From a virus: a DNA stretch of 45,230 nucleotides. The translations under genes and the position numbers were made by a program. The stretch lies in the IMG/VR virus record IMGVR_UViG_3300009093_000022. One strand, 5' to 3'. Of this stretch, positions 8,956 through 18,399 are shown piece after piece. Numbering within the stretch: position 1 is the stretch's first letter; the number at the start of each line of letters is the position of its first letter. A model generated the notes under the pieces. It worked only from the letters and a program-made list of their open reading frames with translations, was not told the DNA's origin and did no database searches.

Positions 8956-11771
8956 TTGTCTCCCACCTGAAGTTCAGGAATCAGCGCAAGCACCGTGCAC
9001 GGTACAGGATCCGTGATCTGCACGCACAACTGTCCAGGGACATTGTAGTTAGCCGGCAGTACGACGCGTTGATCGCCAGTGAACAGGCGAATCGGCTGCC
9101 CCATCGGTTCTGTCGTGCGTTCCTTGATCTCGATGAGTGAGTCGAAGGTCGGGCCAGTCCATACCCCGCGGGAGTCCTGCACACGAACCGTAACTGCCGG
9201 GATCGTTTTGCGCTTGCTCTGGATCGTGCCGCCAGCTCCTTGGACGTCTATGTACAGACTCTGAAGCTGACAGGTGAACGGTAGCCCCGCCGTGATAGCG
9301 CTGTACGGACGATCGAGGGTGATAGAACCGTTGACTACCGTCTGAGACGGCGCGACGTTGCCATCTGCAAGAATCGATACCGACTGGCCGTTCAGATGAT
9401 CCAATCCGCTGATCGTCTGTACCGGCGTCGTCACCGACCAGTTCCCAGCGATAGCGGGCCACGTGTTGGTGAGCATCTGCTTGATATCGACGATGATCTG
9501 AGTCGTCGAAGGAATCGATAGCACGTTCCCATACCCACCATTCACGCGCACCACGTCGCCCACTTTCGTCGAACCGAACACCGCGGCGTTCGCATTCATC
9601 GTCACTGGACTGGCGAGGATTGCTGATAGCACGGCACCCGACCCGGTGCCTGCTGGATCGAATACGGTCAATGTCGGATTCGTCCAGTTCGTGCCGGGGT
9701 CGACGATCAGGACATTGGTGATCACACCGCCAGTTATGACGGGTGTCAGAACCCCACCAGAGCCCGTATCGTCCTTGATATTGATGACTGTCTGCGCGCT
9801 GTATCCAGTCCCGCCAGCAATGATGTGGATACCATTGATGATGGGGATCGAATCGGTCGCAACCGGCGTCAGCGTTGCATTCGGCTTCGTCAGCGGGTAT
9901 TGCAGGCCTGCATCGACACACCACGCCCGGGTGGGATCGGCCGGCAGCCCGATCGTCGGATCGGCACCCATCTGGCGCGAAGCGAAGCGCTCGATGTATT
10001 GCAGGTACTGCCCGTTGATCAAACGCTCGACGATCACATATACCGCGTTCTCGTTTCCTTCACTGACTGAACAGATCGACTTGAACAGGCCATTCGTATC
10101 CGAGTGCGCCCACGCGTAGACGTCCTGTTCCTTCAGGAAGGTGAGCGACAGCAGGATCCCATCCTCCCGCACGCACCATACGATCTTGAACGGTTCTTCC
10201 GCATAGCACCATTCGGTGATCTGGTGGCCGTAGAACAGATGGTTCGACAGGATCGAAATGTCGGTCCCTGTGAAAATGTTGACGTAGAAGTTGTACGCCA
10301 GATCGCGGACGATCGACCCCTTCGCCTGTACGTACAGGATGTCGTAATTCACGACAAGGGGAGGAACGTCGGAACAGCCGTTGTATGCCTGCGGAACAGC
10401 CTCGATCTGCGAAGGCGTCACCGCAGTACCAGCCCCGCCAGCGTCGATCTTCCACGCACCTGATGACGTAAGAGCGATCAGGGACTGCATCGGCACCAGA
10501 TGCTTGACCGCGTTCACCTGTTGGCTGGCGATGGTGATCTCGATGTTGTCGTCATCCTTCGACGGGATCGAGAAGTCCATGTTGAAGAAGTCGCCAGTCT
10601 TCGAGAAATCGATCTGCTCCGGAGCGTTCGCCATCCCGCCGAACACCTGGCGCTGCTGGTAGTACGTGACGCAACCAGGATTCCCGGCCGTCGTGAACGG
10701 GTTGTATGCCTGCGGTGGGGTCTTGGTGAAGTCTGGCAGGATGTTGTCGTCGATGAACGTGTTCGTTGCGGCGGGGTTCGCGGCTCCGATGTAGCCGAAC
10801 AACGCACCCTGAGGTACGTTCGAGCTCAGGTTCTCCTGCGTCCGGTAGATGCTGTACAGCGTCGCACCAGTGACCGAATTCCACGACACCACGTTCTGGG
10901 CGCCGACGTTCTGACCGAGCGCGATGCTAGTGGATGACGCTGACGTGGATCCCTGACTTTCCACTCCGCCAACGGTGGCCGTCACGACATACGAATACTG
11001 TGTGTTCGGATAAGCCGTCCCTGTTCCGTGGTTCTGGAACGTCACCGCCGTCCCGGTGGGCGCTGGGCTGCTCGGGACGAACGTGATCGCCGCAAGTGTC
11101 CAACTTGCGTTTCCTTGGCGCGTCAGTTTCTGAGGCGTGTAGCTGGGGTGAACCAGCGTCATCACGTCCGCAGACTGCGTGTACTTCAGGAGCGACAGAT
11201 CAGCGGCAGCATACGGCGTGGCGATCGTGTACACACGAGCTGCCGTCCCACCGGACGTGTACGTGCCGTAGCTCGTCGTATCGATCGTGTTCCCGTACAT
11301 GTCGTTCAGCGTGTACGAGTTCGTCGACACGTTCGCGACGATCGCGTAGCGCTGGTTCAACTGCGTCATCCCGCCGATCCCGGACAGGAAGATCGTGTCG
11401 CCATTGCTGTAACCGTGGCCTGGATCGCTCACCTGTGCCGGGTTGCCACGCGAGATTCCGGTGATGCTCGTCCCGCTCTCGAGCACATAACCGCCGTTCG
11501 TCACGAAGCGCAGTGTCTGGTTGCCGAAGACCAGCGCGTAGGTCTGCTGCGTGTTGAACTGGAACGGAATCAGCCGGTTCGGCGTGGTGCTGTCCTTCAC
11601 CTGCCCGACGAATTGCGTGCCGGTTCGCGAGGATGCGCCGCCGCGGTAGTCCACGAAGAAGTTGCGAAGCAGAGCAGCACCGACGTGGTATTTCGCCAAG
11701 TCGACGCGACCATACATCGAAGGCGCCAGTTCACCGGCGCCGAACGAAGGGAGGATGATCGGCTGGCCCAT
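8952..11771 (-). CDS. Large tail structural protein (tail tubular B / nozzle-like)
   Basis: 939 aa. Immediately downstream of the adaptor-like gene and upstream of the internal virion proteins. Beta-rich, Thr/Gly/Asn-rich composition. Confidence 0.45.
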   Translation of the reverse strand: MGQPIILPSFGAGELAPSMYGRVDLAKYHVGAALLRNFFVDYRGGASSRTGTQFVGQVKDSTTPNRLIPFQFNTQQTYALVFGNQTLRFVTNGGYVLESGTSITGISRGNPAQVSDPGHGYSNGDTIFLSGIGGMTQLNQRYAIVANVSTNSYTLNDMYGNTIDTTSYGTYTSGGTAARVYTIATPYAAADLSLLKYTQSADVMTLVHPSYTPQKLTRQGNASWTLAAITFVPSSPAPTGTAVTFQNHGTGTAYPNTQYSYVVTATVGGVESQGSTSASSTSIALGQNVGAQNVVSWNSVTGATLYSIYRTQENLSSNVPQGALFGYIGAANPAATNTFIDDNILPDFTKTPPQAYNPFTTAGNPGCVTYYQQRQVFGGMANAPEQIDFSKTGDFFNMDFSIPSKDDDNIEITIASQQVNAVKHLVPMQSLIALTSSGAWKIDAGGAGTAVTPSQIEAVPQAYNGCSDVPPLVVNYDILYVQAKGSIVRDLAYNFYVNIFTGTDISILSNHLFYGHQITEWCYAEEPFKIVWCVREDGILLSLTFLKEQDVYAWAHSDTNGLFKSICSVSEGNENAVYVIVERLINGQYLQYIERFASRQMGADPTIGLPADPTRAWCVDAGLQYPLTKPNATLTPVATDSIPIINGIHIIAGGTGYSAQTVINIKDDTGSGGVLTPVITGGVITNVLIVDPGTNWTNPTLTVFDPAGTGSGAVLSAILASPVTMNANAAVFGSTKVGDVVRVNGGYGNVLSIPSTTQIIVDIKQMLTNTWPAIAGNWSVTTPVQTISGLDHLNGQSVSILADGNVAPSQTVVNGSITLDRPYSAITAGLPFTCQLQSLYIDVQGAGGTIQSKRKTIPAVTVRVQDSRGVWTGPTFDSLIEIKERTTEPMGQPIRLFTGDQRVVLPANYNVPGQLCVQITDPVPCTVLALIPELQVGDN

Positions 11772-11774
11772 CCG

Positions 11775-12524
11775 TCACCCGATCAGTGAAAGTTGCTGCG
11801 GGCCATACGTGAAGAGGCCACCTTCCGGCCAAGCCCAATCCGAAGCGTAGCCGCGGACGCGCATCCAGTCCGGTGTCTGGTCGATGACCGTGATCCCTTC
11901 GTTGCCGTTCTTTGCCTTCGCGTCGTCCGCATAGGCCTGGGCCTCTTGCAACGCCATGCGGAGCGTGTTCTTATCGCCGGTCAACGCGAGGCAGACACGC
12001 GCACCCAAGTAGGCGGCAAGACCCTGAACGAACAGGGAATCCCACATCGCCGTGTTGGTGTTGCGGAACGTATAGATGCCGATCGCCTGCGGCTGGTTCG
12101 TCAGCAAGACGTTAAGCGGATTGCCGTTGAAGTCCAGATCCGTGCCAAGCTGGAATCGCACCGGAGGCCCATAGGCTGCGATCGGGGATGCGCTACCAGG
12201 CGTCGAGACGGGCGGGATGGGCTGCGTCTGAATCAGCGGAACAAGTTGGCGCATCAGCACGCAATCGCTAGGATATGCGTACTCGTACAGCCAAGGCGTC
12301 GGAACAGTCTGCCCTTGCGTCGCATCTTGCAACAGCGTGAGCGGGATTTGCTTGCGAGCAAAGTTCCAGTGAGCAGCGCGCAGCATTGCGTCGACGGCAT
12401 TATCCCAATGCCGGCTGATCGCGTTGGCTTCCGTGCTTCCTTCGCTCAGACTCGCGATCGTCGAGCGCGTGCCGATGACGTCCAGCGCCATGTTTGCAAT
12501 CTGGACCTGCGAGGCCGAGCCCAT
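11775..12524 (-). CDS. Head-tail adaptor / tail tubular protein A-like
   Basis: 249 aa. N-terminus QIANMALDVIG...HWNFARK resembles the conserved N-terminus of podovirus gp11-type adaptors. Position precedes the nozzle-like gene. Confidence 0.4.
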   Translation of the reverse strand: MGSASQVQIANMALDVIGTRSTIASLSEGSTEANAISRHWDNAVDAMLRAAHWNFARKQIPLTLLQDATQGQTVPTPWLYEYAYPSDCVLMRQLVPLIQTQPIPPVSTPGSASPIAAYGPPVRFQLGTDLDFNGNPLNVLLTNQPQAIGIYTFRNTNTAMWDSLFVQGLAAYLGARVCLALTGDKNTLRMALQEAQAYADDAKAKNGNEGITVIDQTPDWMRVRGYASDWAWPEGGLFTYGPQQLSLIG

Positions 12525-12527
12525 GTG

Positions 12528-12884
12528 CTACTCCTGGTTCTTGTACAGCGTCTTTGCCGCGCCTCGGAATCCACCCTTCACCGCATCCGCGCGCTCTTCC
12601 TCTTCGACGGCCGGCGGCTCCTCGATCGACATCTTCTGGATCTGGATACCGACACACCCCGTCTCGCCGTACTCGTCCTCACGTTCTTCCGTGCTGACGA
12701 CGCAGCCGCAGACGTAGAAGGCGACTTCGTCTCCACACTCCGGCATCTCATCGACGCCAAGCTTGGTGAGGTCTTCCTTCGTCATGGTGATGCGAAGGCC
12801 GTATGGGTACGGGTTCGGGGGACAATCGACGTACTGAAAGTCCTTGTCCCGCGCCATGTCGACGATATCGCCGGCCATGATCAA
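12528..12884 (-). CDS. Hypothetical acidic, Cys-containing structural-module protein
   Basis: 118-aa ORF in the head-tail joining region. No recognisable motif. Confidence 0.5.
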   Translation of the reverse strand: MIMAGDIVDMARDKDFQYVDCPPNPYPYGLRITMTKEDLTKLGVDEMPECGDEVAFYVCGCVVSTEEREDEYGETGCVGIQIQKMSIEEPPAVEEEERADAVKGGFRGAAKTLYKNQE

Positions 12885-13165
12885 GCGCTCGCTTGCGACT
12901 GCTTCAGGGCTGCGGCCAACACCGTGACCAGTTCGCCGAGCGACGTCTCACCTGTCTTCATGTTCAGGTTCGTCATCTCGTCGATCGGGCTCGGGCGCTC
13001 GCTCGGGTGCTTTTCTTTCATCGCCTTGGCGGCTTGGTTGACCGGCTCCATGTGCCAGCCGGGAATCCCGAGCCATTCGATTTCGGCGCCCTTCTCGTAC
13101 ATGACGTCACCGATGTAGGCGACTTCCTCGAGGCGGTACTTCGGTGCTTCGTCTTTCTGGGCCAT
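12881..13165 (-). CDS. Hypothetical protein (head-tail module)
   Basis: 94-aa ORF. 4-nt overlap with the downstream gene. Confidence 0.5.
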   Translation of the reverse strand: MAQKDEAPKYRLEEVAYIGDVMYEKGAEIEWLGIPGWHMEPVNQAAKAMKEKHPSERPSPIDEMTNLNMKTGETSLGELVTVLAAALKQSQASA

Positions 13166-13177
13166 GACTCTCTCCGT

Positions 13178-13477
13178 TTATTTCATGGTTTCGGGCAAGA
13201 ACCCGACAGTCGCAGAAGTAGTTCCGGTGCCGCCAATCACAACGTTGATCCCGTTCAGCGCGTAGAACGGCAGCTTGTAATACGTGCCAGCCACTGGCGT
13301 GAAAGTGTCCACAAGCGTCACGGTGGTCCCGGTTCCCGAGTCGTCATACACCGTGATAGTCGGCGTGGTTCCGATGGTCGAAACGAAAATCCCGACAAGA
13401 CCAGCCGATTTCGGCCAGACATTCCCGCTCGCCTTGACCTGCTTGTATGCAACCGATTCGAACATGTCCGATGCCAT
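13178..13477 (-). CDS. Hypothetical protein (head-tail module)
   Basis: 99-aa beta-rich ORF. AGGAG-type RBS (ATAGGAGCCGCTC then ATG). Confidence 0.55.
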   Translation of the reverse strand: MASDMFESVAYKQVKASGNVWPKSAGLVGIFVSTIGTTPTITVYDDSGTGTTVTLVDTFTPVAGTYYKLPFYALNGINVVIGGTGTTSATVGFLPETMK

Positions 13478-13492
13478 GAGCGGCTCCTATCG

Positions 13493-13541
13493 AAAAACGC
13501 CGCGGAGCCGAAACCCCGCGGCAAAACGCCCCGAAGGGCGC
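13493..13541 (-). terminator. Two tandem rho-independent terminators after the capsid/decoration genes
   Basis: On the minus strand: GCGCCC-TTCG-GGGCGT followed by TTTTG, then GCCGCGG..CCGCGGC followed by GTTTTTCG. Located in the 75-nt gap after the decoration gene. Confidence 0.7.
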
Positions 13542-13552
13542 GGAGGAGACGC

Positions 13553-14035
13553 TTAGTTCGAAACGGTGATGCCGGGCTTGTAGTACCGCACCGTGTCGAC
13601 CGTGCCCAGCCACGCGATGACAGCACCCGCCGTGTTCGCGCCGACGTTGACGTATGCCGTGCGCAGGTAGCGCGGCATCGCCCCGTCATCCGGGTTCACG
13701 ATCGGCATCTTCAGCTTCACGCGGGCGCCGGCCGTGAGCGAGGCGATCGGAATCGCACCCGTCTCGCAGTAGGTCGTCCACGTGCTGCTGTCGGTCGAGC
13801 CCTGCACCTGAAAGTTCACCGACGTGCCGCCCGCGTAGGCGGTCGTGATCAGGAACTCGAACGTCAGGTCGGCGTGGTCGTTGACCGTGCCGGCGCCGAT
13901 GTCGCGAGCGTTGATCAGGTCGATGATGTTCGTCGACGTGGTGGTCGCACCCGAGGCGAACTGGTTCGCACCAGTCATGCCAGTCGTGTACGAATACGTG
14001 CCCTGGTCCACAACCAGGAGTTGATCGATGATCAT
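13553..14035 (-). CDS. Putative capsid decoration / cement protein
   Basis: 160-aa beta-rich ORF directly downstream of the major capsid gene and followed by strong terminators. Confidence 0.45.
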   Translation of the reverse strand: MIIDQLLVVDQGTYSYTTGMTGANQFASGATTTSTNIIDLINARDIGAGTVNDHADLTFEFLITTAYAGGTSVNFQVQGSTDSSTWTTYCETGAIPIASLTAGARVKLKMPIVNPDDGAMPRYLRTAYVNVGANTAGAVIAWLGTVDTVRYYKPGITVSN

Positions 14036-14047
14036 GGCTGCTGCTCC

Positions 14048-15091
14048 TTAGATAGCGGCTTCGGTCGAAACCAGCGCGTCGACCGTGCGAACCGGGATGC
14101 CGCGGAAGGTCGTGATCGCCTTACCTTCCCACTCTTCGAGACGCAGCAGGACGTTGGTCTTGTTGACCGCCTGAATGTCCAGATACGTGCGAATGGTACG
14201 GTTGCAGTAGATGGCTAGCTTGCCCATCTGCATCATCTGGCCGTCCGGCGCATCCGACTTCTGTTCCGTCGACACGCGTGCCGGCGCAGTCGGCAGGCGG
14301 TGAACGCCGCGGATCAGGCCGTTGATCAGGTTCGCCGCCGATCCGCCCGAGAGCAGCGTGACGTCGATGTTGGCGAGACGAACCGTGTAGCGCCAGTCGC
14401 GAACGGTCAGGCCCATGTCCCACTTGAAGTGGGTACGGTAGCCCTGGTACAGGTTGCCGTTCGCGTCCGACAGCGGCCATTCGCCGAGGTCGCGGTGTTG
14501 CAGCCCGCTGATCTTGCCCTTCGGGAAGATGCCATGGGTCGTGTTGGGGCCCCACGTCGTGATCCAGATCGACGTGTTGGTCGACTGCGTGCCGCCCATG
14601 CTGATGACGTTCGCAGCCGTCTGCGCGTTGGCCGTGTTCGATGTGTTGTAGCGCGGCGCCAGACCCATGAACCGCTCGGGGTTGGTCGTGATGTTGCCGT
14701 AGAACAGCGTCGTCGCCATCTGCTGGTTCATGCCTTCGAGGAAGGCCATGTCTTCCGACAGACGGAACTCGGCGGTGTTGCCGTTGAGGTCAGCGAGATC
14801 CTTGTCGATTTCGCTGTAGCACTCAAGCATGCCGGTGTTGTCGGTGATCTGCGCGGTCGTCGACTTGGTCTTGACCACGCCGTAGTTGAGCAGACGCCAC
14901 GTAGCGGACGGGAGGCCCGTGCGCACCGTCGTCTTGTGACCGGTGGGGAGATTGCCCTCGACGACGAGCATGTCGTCCAGGATTTCGTTCGTCTGCGAAA
15001 GCAGGTTGATGATCGTCGCGACCTTGCCGTCGTCGTCGATCCGCTTAGCCCAATCCGCGTAGGTAAGGGCGGTGCCGCCGAGCGTAGCCAT
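14048..15091 (-). CDS. Major capsid protein
   Basis: 347 aa, directly after the scaffold gene. AGGAG RBS. Size and position are typical. N-terminus resembles capsid proteins of BPP-1/epsilon15-type podoviruses (from memory). Confidence 0.8.
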   Translation of the reverse strand: MATLGGTALTYADWAKRIDDDGKVATIINLLSQTNEILDDMLVVEGNLPTGHKTTVRTGLPSATWRLLNYGVVKTKSTTAQITDNTGMLECYSEIDKDLADLNGNTAEFRLSEDMAFLEGMNQQMATTLFYGNITTNPERFMGLAPRYNTSNTANAQTAANVISMGGTQSTNTSIWITTWGPNTTHGIFPKGKISGLQHRDLGEWPLSDANGNLYQGYRTHFKWDMGLTVRDWRYTVRLANIDVTLLSGGSAANLINGLIRGVHRLPTAPARVSTEQKSDAPDGQMMQMGKLAIYCNRTIRTYLDIQAVNKTNVLLRLEEWEGKAITTFRGIPVRTVDALVSTEAAI

Positions 15092-15178
15092 GGTGTGGCT
15101 CCTATGTGGTCATGTCTGAATCTCCTTTGCAATTAGCTCGGCTGACAACGTGGAAGGTGTGTCCGACAGAGCAAAGAG

Positions 15179-15895
15179 TTAGCCTTCGTGCCCGTTCCCC
15201 AAGCCTGCCATTGTCGGGTACAGCGTCGCGCCGGCCGATTTCGCTGGCTTGGCGGGACTGCCTGCAACCGGACTGGCGGGCGCGTGGGGGGCTGCCGCCT
15301 TCATGAGGCCACGTAGGATCGCGGGGTTGTTCCCGGCGCCCGTGATGTTCAGGGCATCGAAGAACGCTTTTGCTTCTTCACCGAGCAGATTGCTCAACCC
15401 GGCTTTCGTAGCGGCCAGATTCTTGTCGAGGTTCGCGCCACCGATGACGGGGTCGTTCCTGACTTCCTCTTGCCACTTATTCTGCAAAGCAGTCCATGCA
15501 CGCATCGGCGCTTCTGTCAACTGCTTTAACTCGGCAGTATATAGGTCTACGAACTTTTGCGCCACTTCTTGCGGCATTTTCGCTTCGGCTGCGAGCTTCG
15601 AGAACTCGGCAACCTTGGCTTCGTCGAGCGCCAGACCTTCGGGCGTCTTGAACGCTTCGTAGGTGATCGGCTCGTCGGGCTTCGGTGGATCGGCCGGCTT
15701 GTCGTCCGCGGGCTTGTCGGACGGCTTCTCTGCATCGGCCGGCTTGTCGTTCAGCATCGACTCCGGGGGCGTCAGATCCGCAGGTGCTGCCGGAGCCGCA
15801 TCAGCTGCGGGCGCAGCAGAAGGAGCGCCACCAGCCGGAACATCGCCACTCTCGCCTTCCAGCAGCATCCACCGATTCATGAGTCGCTTGAACAT
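15179..15895 (-). CDS. Scaffolding protein
   Basis: 238 aa. Pro/Ala/Asp/Lys-rich low-complexity N-terminal half and helical C-terminal half. Immediately upstream of the capsid gene. Confidence 0.65.
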   Translation of the reverse strand: MFKRLMNRWMLLEGESGDVPAGGAPSAAPAADAAPAAPADLTPPESMLNDKPADAEKPSDKPADDKPADPPKPDEPITYEAFKTPEGLALDEAKVAEFSKLAAEAKMPQEVAQKFVDLYTAELKQLTEAPMRAWTALQNKWQEEVRNDPVIGGANLDKNLAATKAGLSNLLGEEAKAFFDALNITGAGNNPAILRGLMKAAAPHAPASPVAGSPAKPAKSAGATLYPTMAGLGNGHEG

Positions 15896-16206
15896 CAGCC
15901 GTTCTCCTTGATCATTTTCAGGTAGTCATCCATGCAGTGCTTCTGGATATCCAGGAACACGGGCATGCCTGCGTTCTTCATGCCGTTATCGAAGGCGTCG
16001 CGGTTGCCGTTGCCCGTGAAGGACACGCGGAACAAACCACACCGGCTCAGGAAATCCCACATCCACACGCGGCCGTCCGGCGACGCCATGATCATCTTCA
16101 TGGCGTTCAGCATGCGTTGCTGGCGCAGCTTGACGCGCTTGGCGTCGTCGGCTACTTGGCGCGGATCGCCGAGATCGCGCTCGATCGTGTCTTGTTCAGC
16201 GGCCAT
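15895..16206 (-). CDS. Hypothetical head-module protein
   Basis: 103-aa ORF with overlapping start/stop junctions to both neighbours. Confidence 0.55.
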   Translation of the reverse strand: MAAEQDTIERDLGDPRQVADDAKRVKLRQQRMLNAMKMIMASPDGRVWMWDFLSRCGLFRVSFTGNGNRDAFDNGMKNAGMPVFLDIQKHCMDDYLKMIKENG

Positions 16207-16888
16207 GCGGGTTCTCCTCGATTTTGGTTGCAGGGATCATGTTGGCGGCCTGGCCGATGTGGCGCAGGGCGAAGGACAGGGGCCAGTCGAGGTGGATGCT
16301 GTAGCCAATCTCGCTTGCGCGACGGCAGAAGAAATAGTCTTCGCCTTCGATCAGGTAGCTTTCCGCCTTGTCACTCCAGAACTGCGGCGTCTGAAACAGC
16401 AGGTCGCCGAAGTGGTTGTACATCGAGTGGCACACGCTCTCCTTCACCAGCACGCATCCGAACGGCAGACCGCTGACTTCCATCAGCTCTGCCGGCTTGA
16501 TCGGCTCGTCCTGCAACGTCTCGGCCAGGGGCCGGCCGTCCAGCGCCTTGCCGAGCAGCAGATGCGGCGGATTGCGCTGCACATACGTGGCGCCGACGAT
16601 CGGCTTGTCGTGCGCCAGCAAGTGCCGGATCGCCATCGGATGCAGGACCATGTCGCTGTCCGCGAAGAACAGATAGTCGACGTCCAGCTTGAGCGCTTCC
16701 TCGGCCAGCTTGTTCCGTCCGTTGGCGACAAGCGAATCCTTCACGTTGACGATCACCGTGTCGATCGGCTCGAGAATCTCGCCGTGCGCCTTGACCGGCC
16801 CGCAGTGGTGGACGAGCGATGCGAGGGACATGGCGAAGTCAGCGTGAACCATGTCGCCAGAGGGGATACAGATCGCGACCTTGGTCAT
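16196..16888 (-). CDS. GT-A fold (family 2-like) glycosyltransferase-like protein
   Basis: 230 aa. N-terminal VAICIPSG, RNKLAEEAL, DxD-type motif FFADSDMV, later GEDYFFCRRA. This pattern is typical of GT2-like enzymes. Confidence 0.55.
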   Translation of the reverse strand: MTKVAICIPSGDMVHADFAMSLASLVHHCGPVKAHGEILEPIDTVIVNVKDSLVANGRNKLAEEALKLDVDYLFFADSDMVLHPMAIRHLLAHDKPIVGATYVQRNPPHLLLGKALDGRPLAETLQDEPIKPAELMEVSGLPFGCVLVKESVCHSMYNHFGDLLFQTPQFWSDKAESYLIEGEDYFFCRRASEIGYSIHLDWPLSFALRHIGQAANMIPATKIEENPHGR

Positions 16889-17112
16889 TTCAGCACCACC
16901 TTGCAGAACGGCGCGACGTGCATCAGCGGATGCTCCAACAGCTTCTCAGCCGTATCGCGCGTGTACACCGTGGCTTGGTCGCGCTCATTCGCCCAGCCGC
17001 CATACTTGCCAGCGCCCCAGTCCTGCCCGAGCTTCTCGCTCAGCCACGTGGGGCGCGCACCGTCGATGCGCTCAATCAAGACTTCCTCCGGATTTTGTTG
17101 TTCGTGGGTCAT
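16885..17112 (-). CDS. Hypothetical protein
   Basis: 75-aa ORF with 4-nt overlaps at both ends. Confidence 0.5.
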   Translation of the reverse strand: MTHEQQNPEEVLIERIDGARPTWLSEKLGQDWGAGKYGGWANERDQATVYTRDTAEKLLEHPLMHVAPFCKVVLK

Positions 17113-17591
17113 ACGTTGAAAACCTCCACCGTGTAGGCGTTCAGGGTGATCGTGTCCGTCCCGGTGCCAAGCTGGCCCGTGATGGTCAGCGTCGAGGCGT
17201 TGAGCATGTTCGCGCCCACGTTCGCGCCGGCCTGCTGCACCGTGGCGCCCATGAAGGCGATCACGCTGCCGAAGTTGCTGTTCGGCGTCGCCCCGTTGAC
17301 CACGTTGGCCTCAATGTCGAACGTCGATACGCCAGCCGCTGACGTTGCAATAGCGCCGCCGATCACGGTCGAACCGATCTTCACCTTGATCGTCTTCGTG
17401 TTCGTGTTGGCGGTGACGGAGCCAGTCGCCCAGATGCGGATGCGGCCATGCCGGCGGAGCGCGCCAGCCGGGATCGGGATCGTCGCGAGCACCGTCTCGC
17501 TCGTCGTCCCGGTGAGTGCGACGGATTGCCCGGACTGGTTCAGCACGCTCGGCACTGAGTCGAGGATCGGGTTCTGGAGATTCGAGGCCAT
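17109..17591 (-). CDS. Hypothetical beta-rich structural protein
   Basis: 160 aa, Thr/Gly/Ala/Asn-rich, in the head module between portal and scaffold. Confidence 0.5.
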   Translation of the reverse strand: MASNLQNPILDSVPSVLNQSGQSVALTGTTSETVLATIPIPAGALRRHGRIRIWATGSVTANTNTKTIKVKIGSTVIGGAIATSAAGVSTFDIEANVVNGATPNSNFGSVIAFMGATVQQAGANVGANMLNASTLTITGQLGTGTDTITLNAYTVEVFNV

Positions 17592-17833
17592 TATTTCTTC
17601 CCCTGTTTCGGATAGACGCGCTCGGCGGCTGACTTGCCGAGGACGCGATCGGCCTTCGCGTCGATCTTCTCTTCCTCGGACTTCGACATGCGGCCGGCGT
17701 TGACAGCCTGACTCGCGCGCGCCTTGGCGTTCGCGGCATGGCTCTTGTCCGGCATCGGGTACTTGCGCGATCCAGGCTCACCGAACTCGCTGGACGGGAT
17801 CGCCTTGCGCTTCGCCGCGGTCAGCTTGGCCAT
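17591..17833 (-). CDS. Hypothetical small basic protein
   Basis: 80-aa Lys/Ala-rich ORF. 1-nt overlap with the next gene. Confidence 0.5.
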   Translation of the reverse strand: MAKLTAAKRKAIPSSEFGEPGSRKYPMPDKSHAANAKARASQAVNAGRMSKSEEEKIDAKADRVLGKSAAERVYPKQGKK

Positions 17834-17836
17834 GGC

Positions 17837-18034
17837 TCAATCCTCCCCGTCCACGCCGTCGCTCTGGCTAGCCAGCTTCGGATACACCTTCTTCGCGGCC
17901 GACTTCGGCTTCACGCCCGGTTGCTGCCGGCCGTTCGTCAGGTTCTTCGGCTTGGCCTGATCACCTAGGCCTTGCCCCGGCGCTTCGGCTGCGGCCTGCT
18001 TTTGCAGGACTTCGGGCGGGATGTTTGAGGGCAT
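17837..18034 (-). CDS. Hypothetical small protein
   Basis: 65-aa ORF, low complexity, compactly spaced. Confidence 0.4.
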   Translation of the reverse strand: MPSNIPPEVLQKQAAAEAPGQGLGDQAKPKNLTNGRQQPGVKPKSAAKKVYPKLASQSDGVDGED

Positions 18035-18399
18035 TACAACCTCCGGGTTGTGCCAGTTTCAGGGTCGATCAACAGCGTGGGCTTGTCGGGCTCAACCACC
18101 ACGAGCCGATCACCCGGCAGGATTGCCAGTTCGCAGTGCTCACCGCCATAGCCTTTCGGCAGCGGACAGACGCGGCGCGCGCCCTTGATCGCCACGCCGA
18201 CCGTCTGGTTTGCCACGTCGAACACAAGCTGCGCATTCGGCACGGCCGGACGGTCGAAGCGCGCCCGATCTTCCACCGCTTGCTTGTCCGATTCCTCGGC
18301 CAGCCGCAGGTCGAACAGACGCTTCTCACCACGCGAGCGGCCAAGGTCTGACCGGTACAGGTCGAGCAGCGAGTGAGGGTTGATGATCTTTTCGCTCAT
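18034..18399 (-). CDS. Hypothetical protein downstream of portal
   Basis: 121-aa ORF. ATGA overlap with the portal stop. Confidence 0.55.
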   Translation of the reverse strand: MSEKIINPHSLLDLYRSDLGRSRGEKRLFDLRLAEESDKQAVEDRARFDRPAVPNAQLVFDVANQTVGVAIKGARRVCPLPKGYGGEHCELAILPGDRLVVVEPDKPTLLIDPETGTTRRL

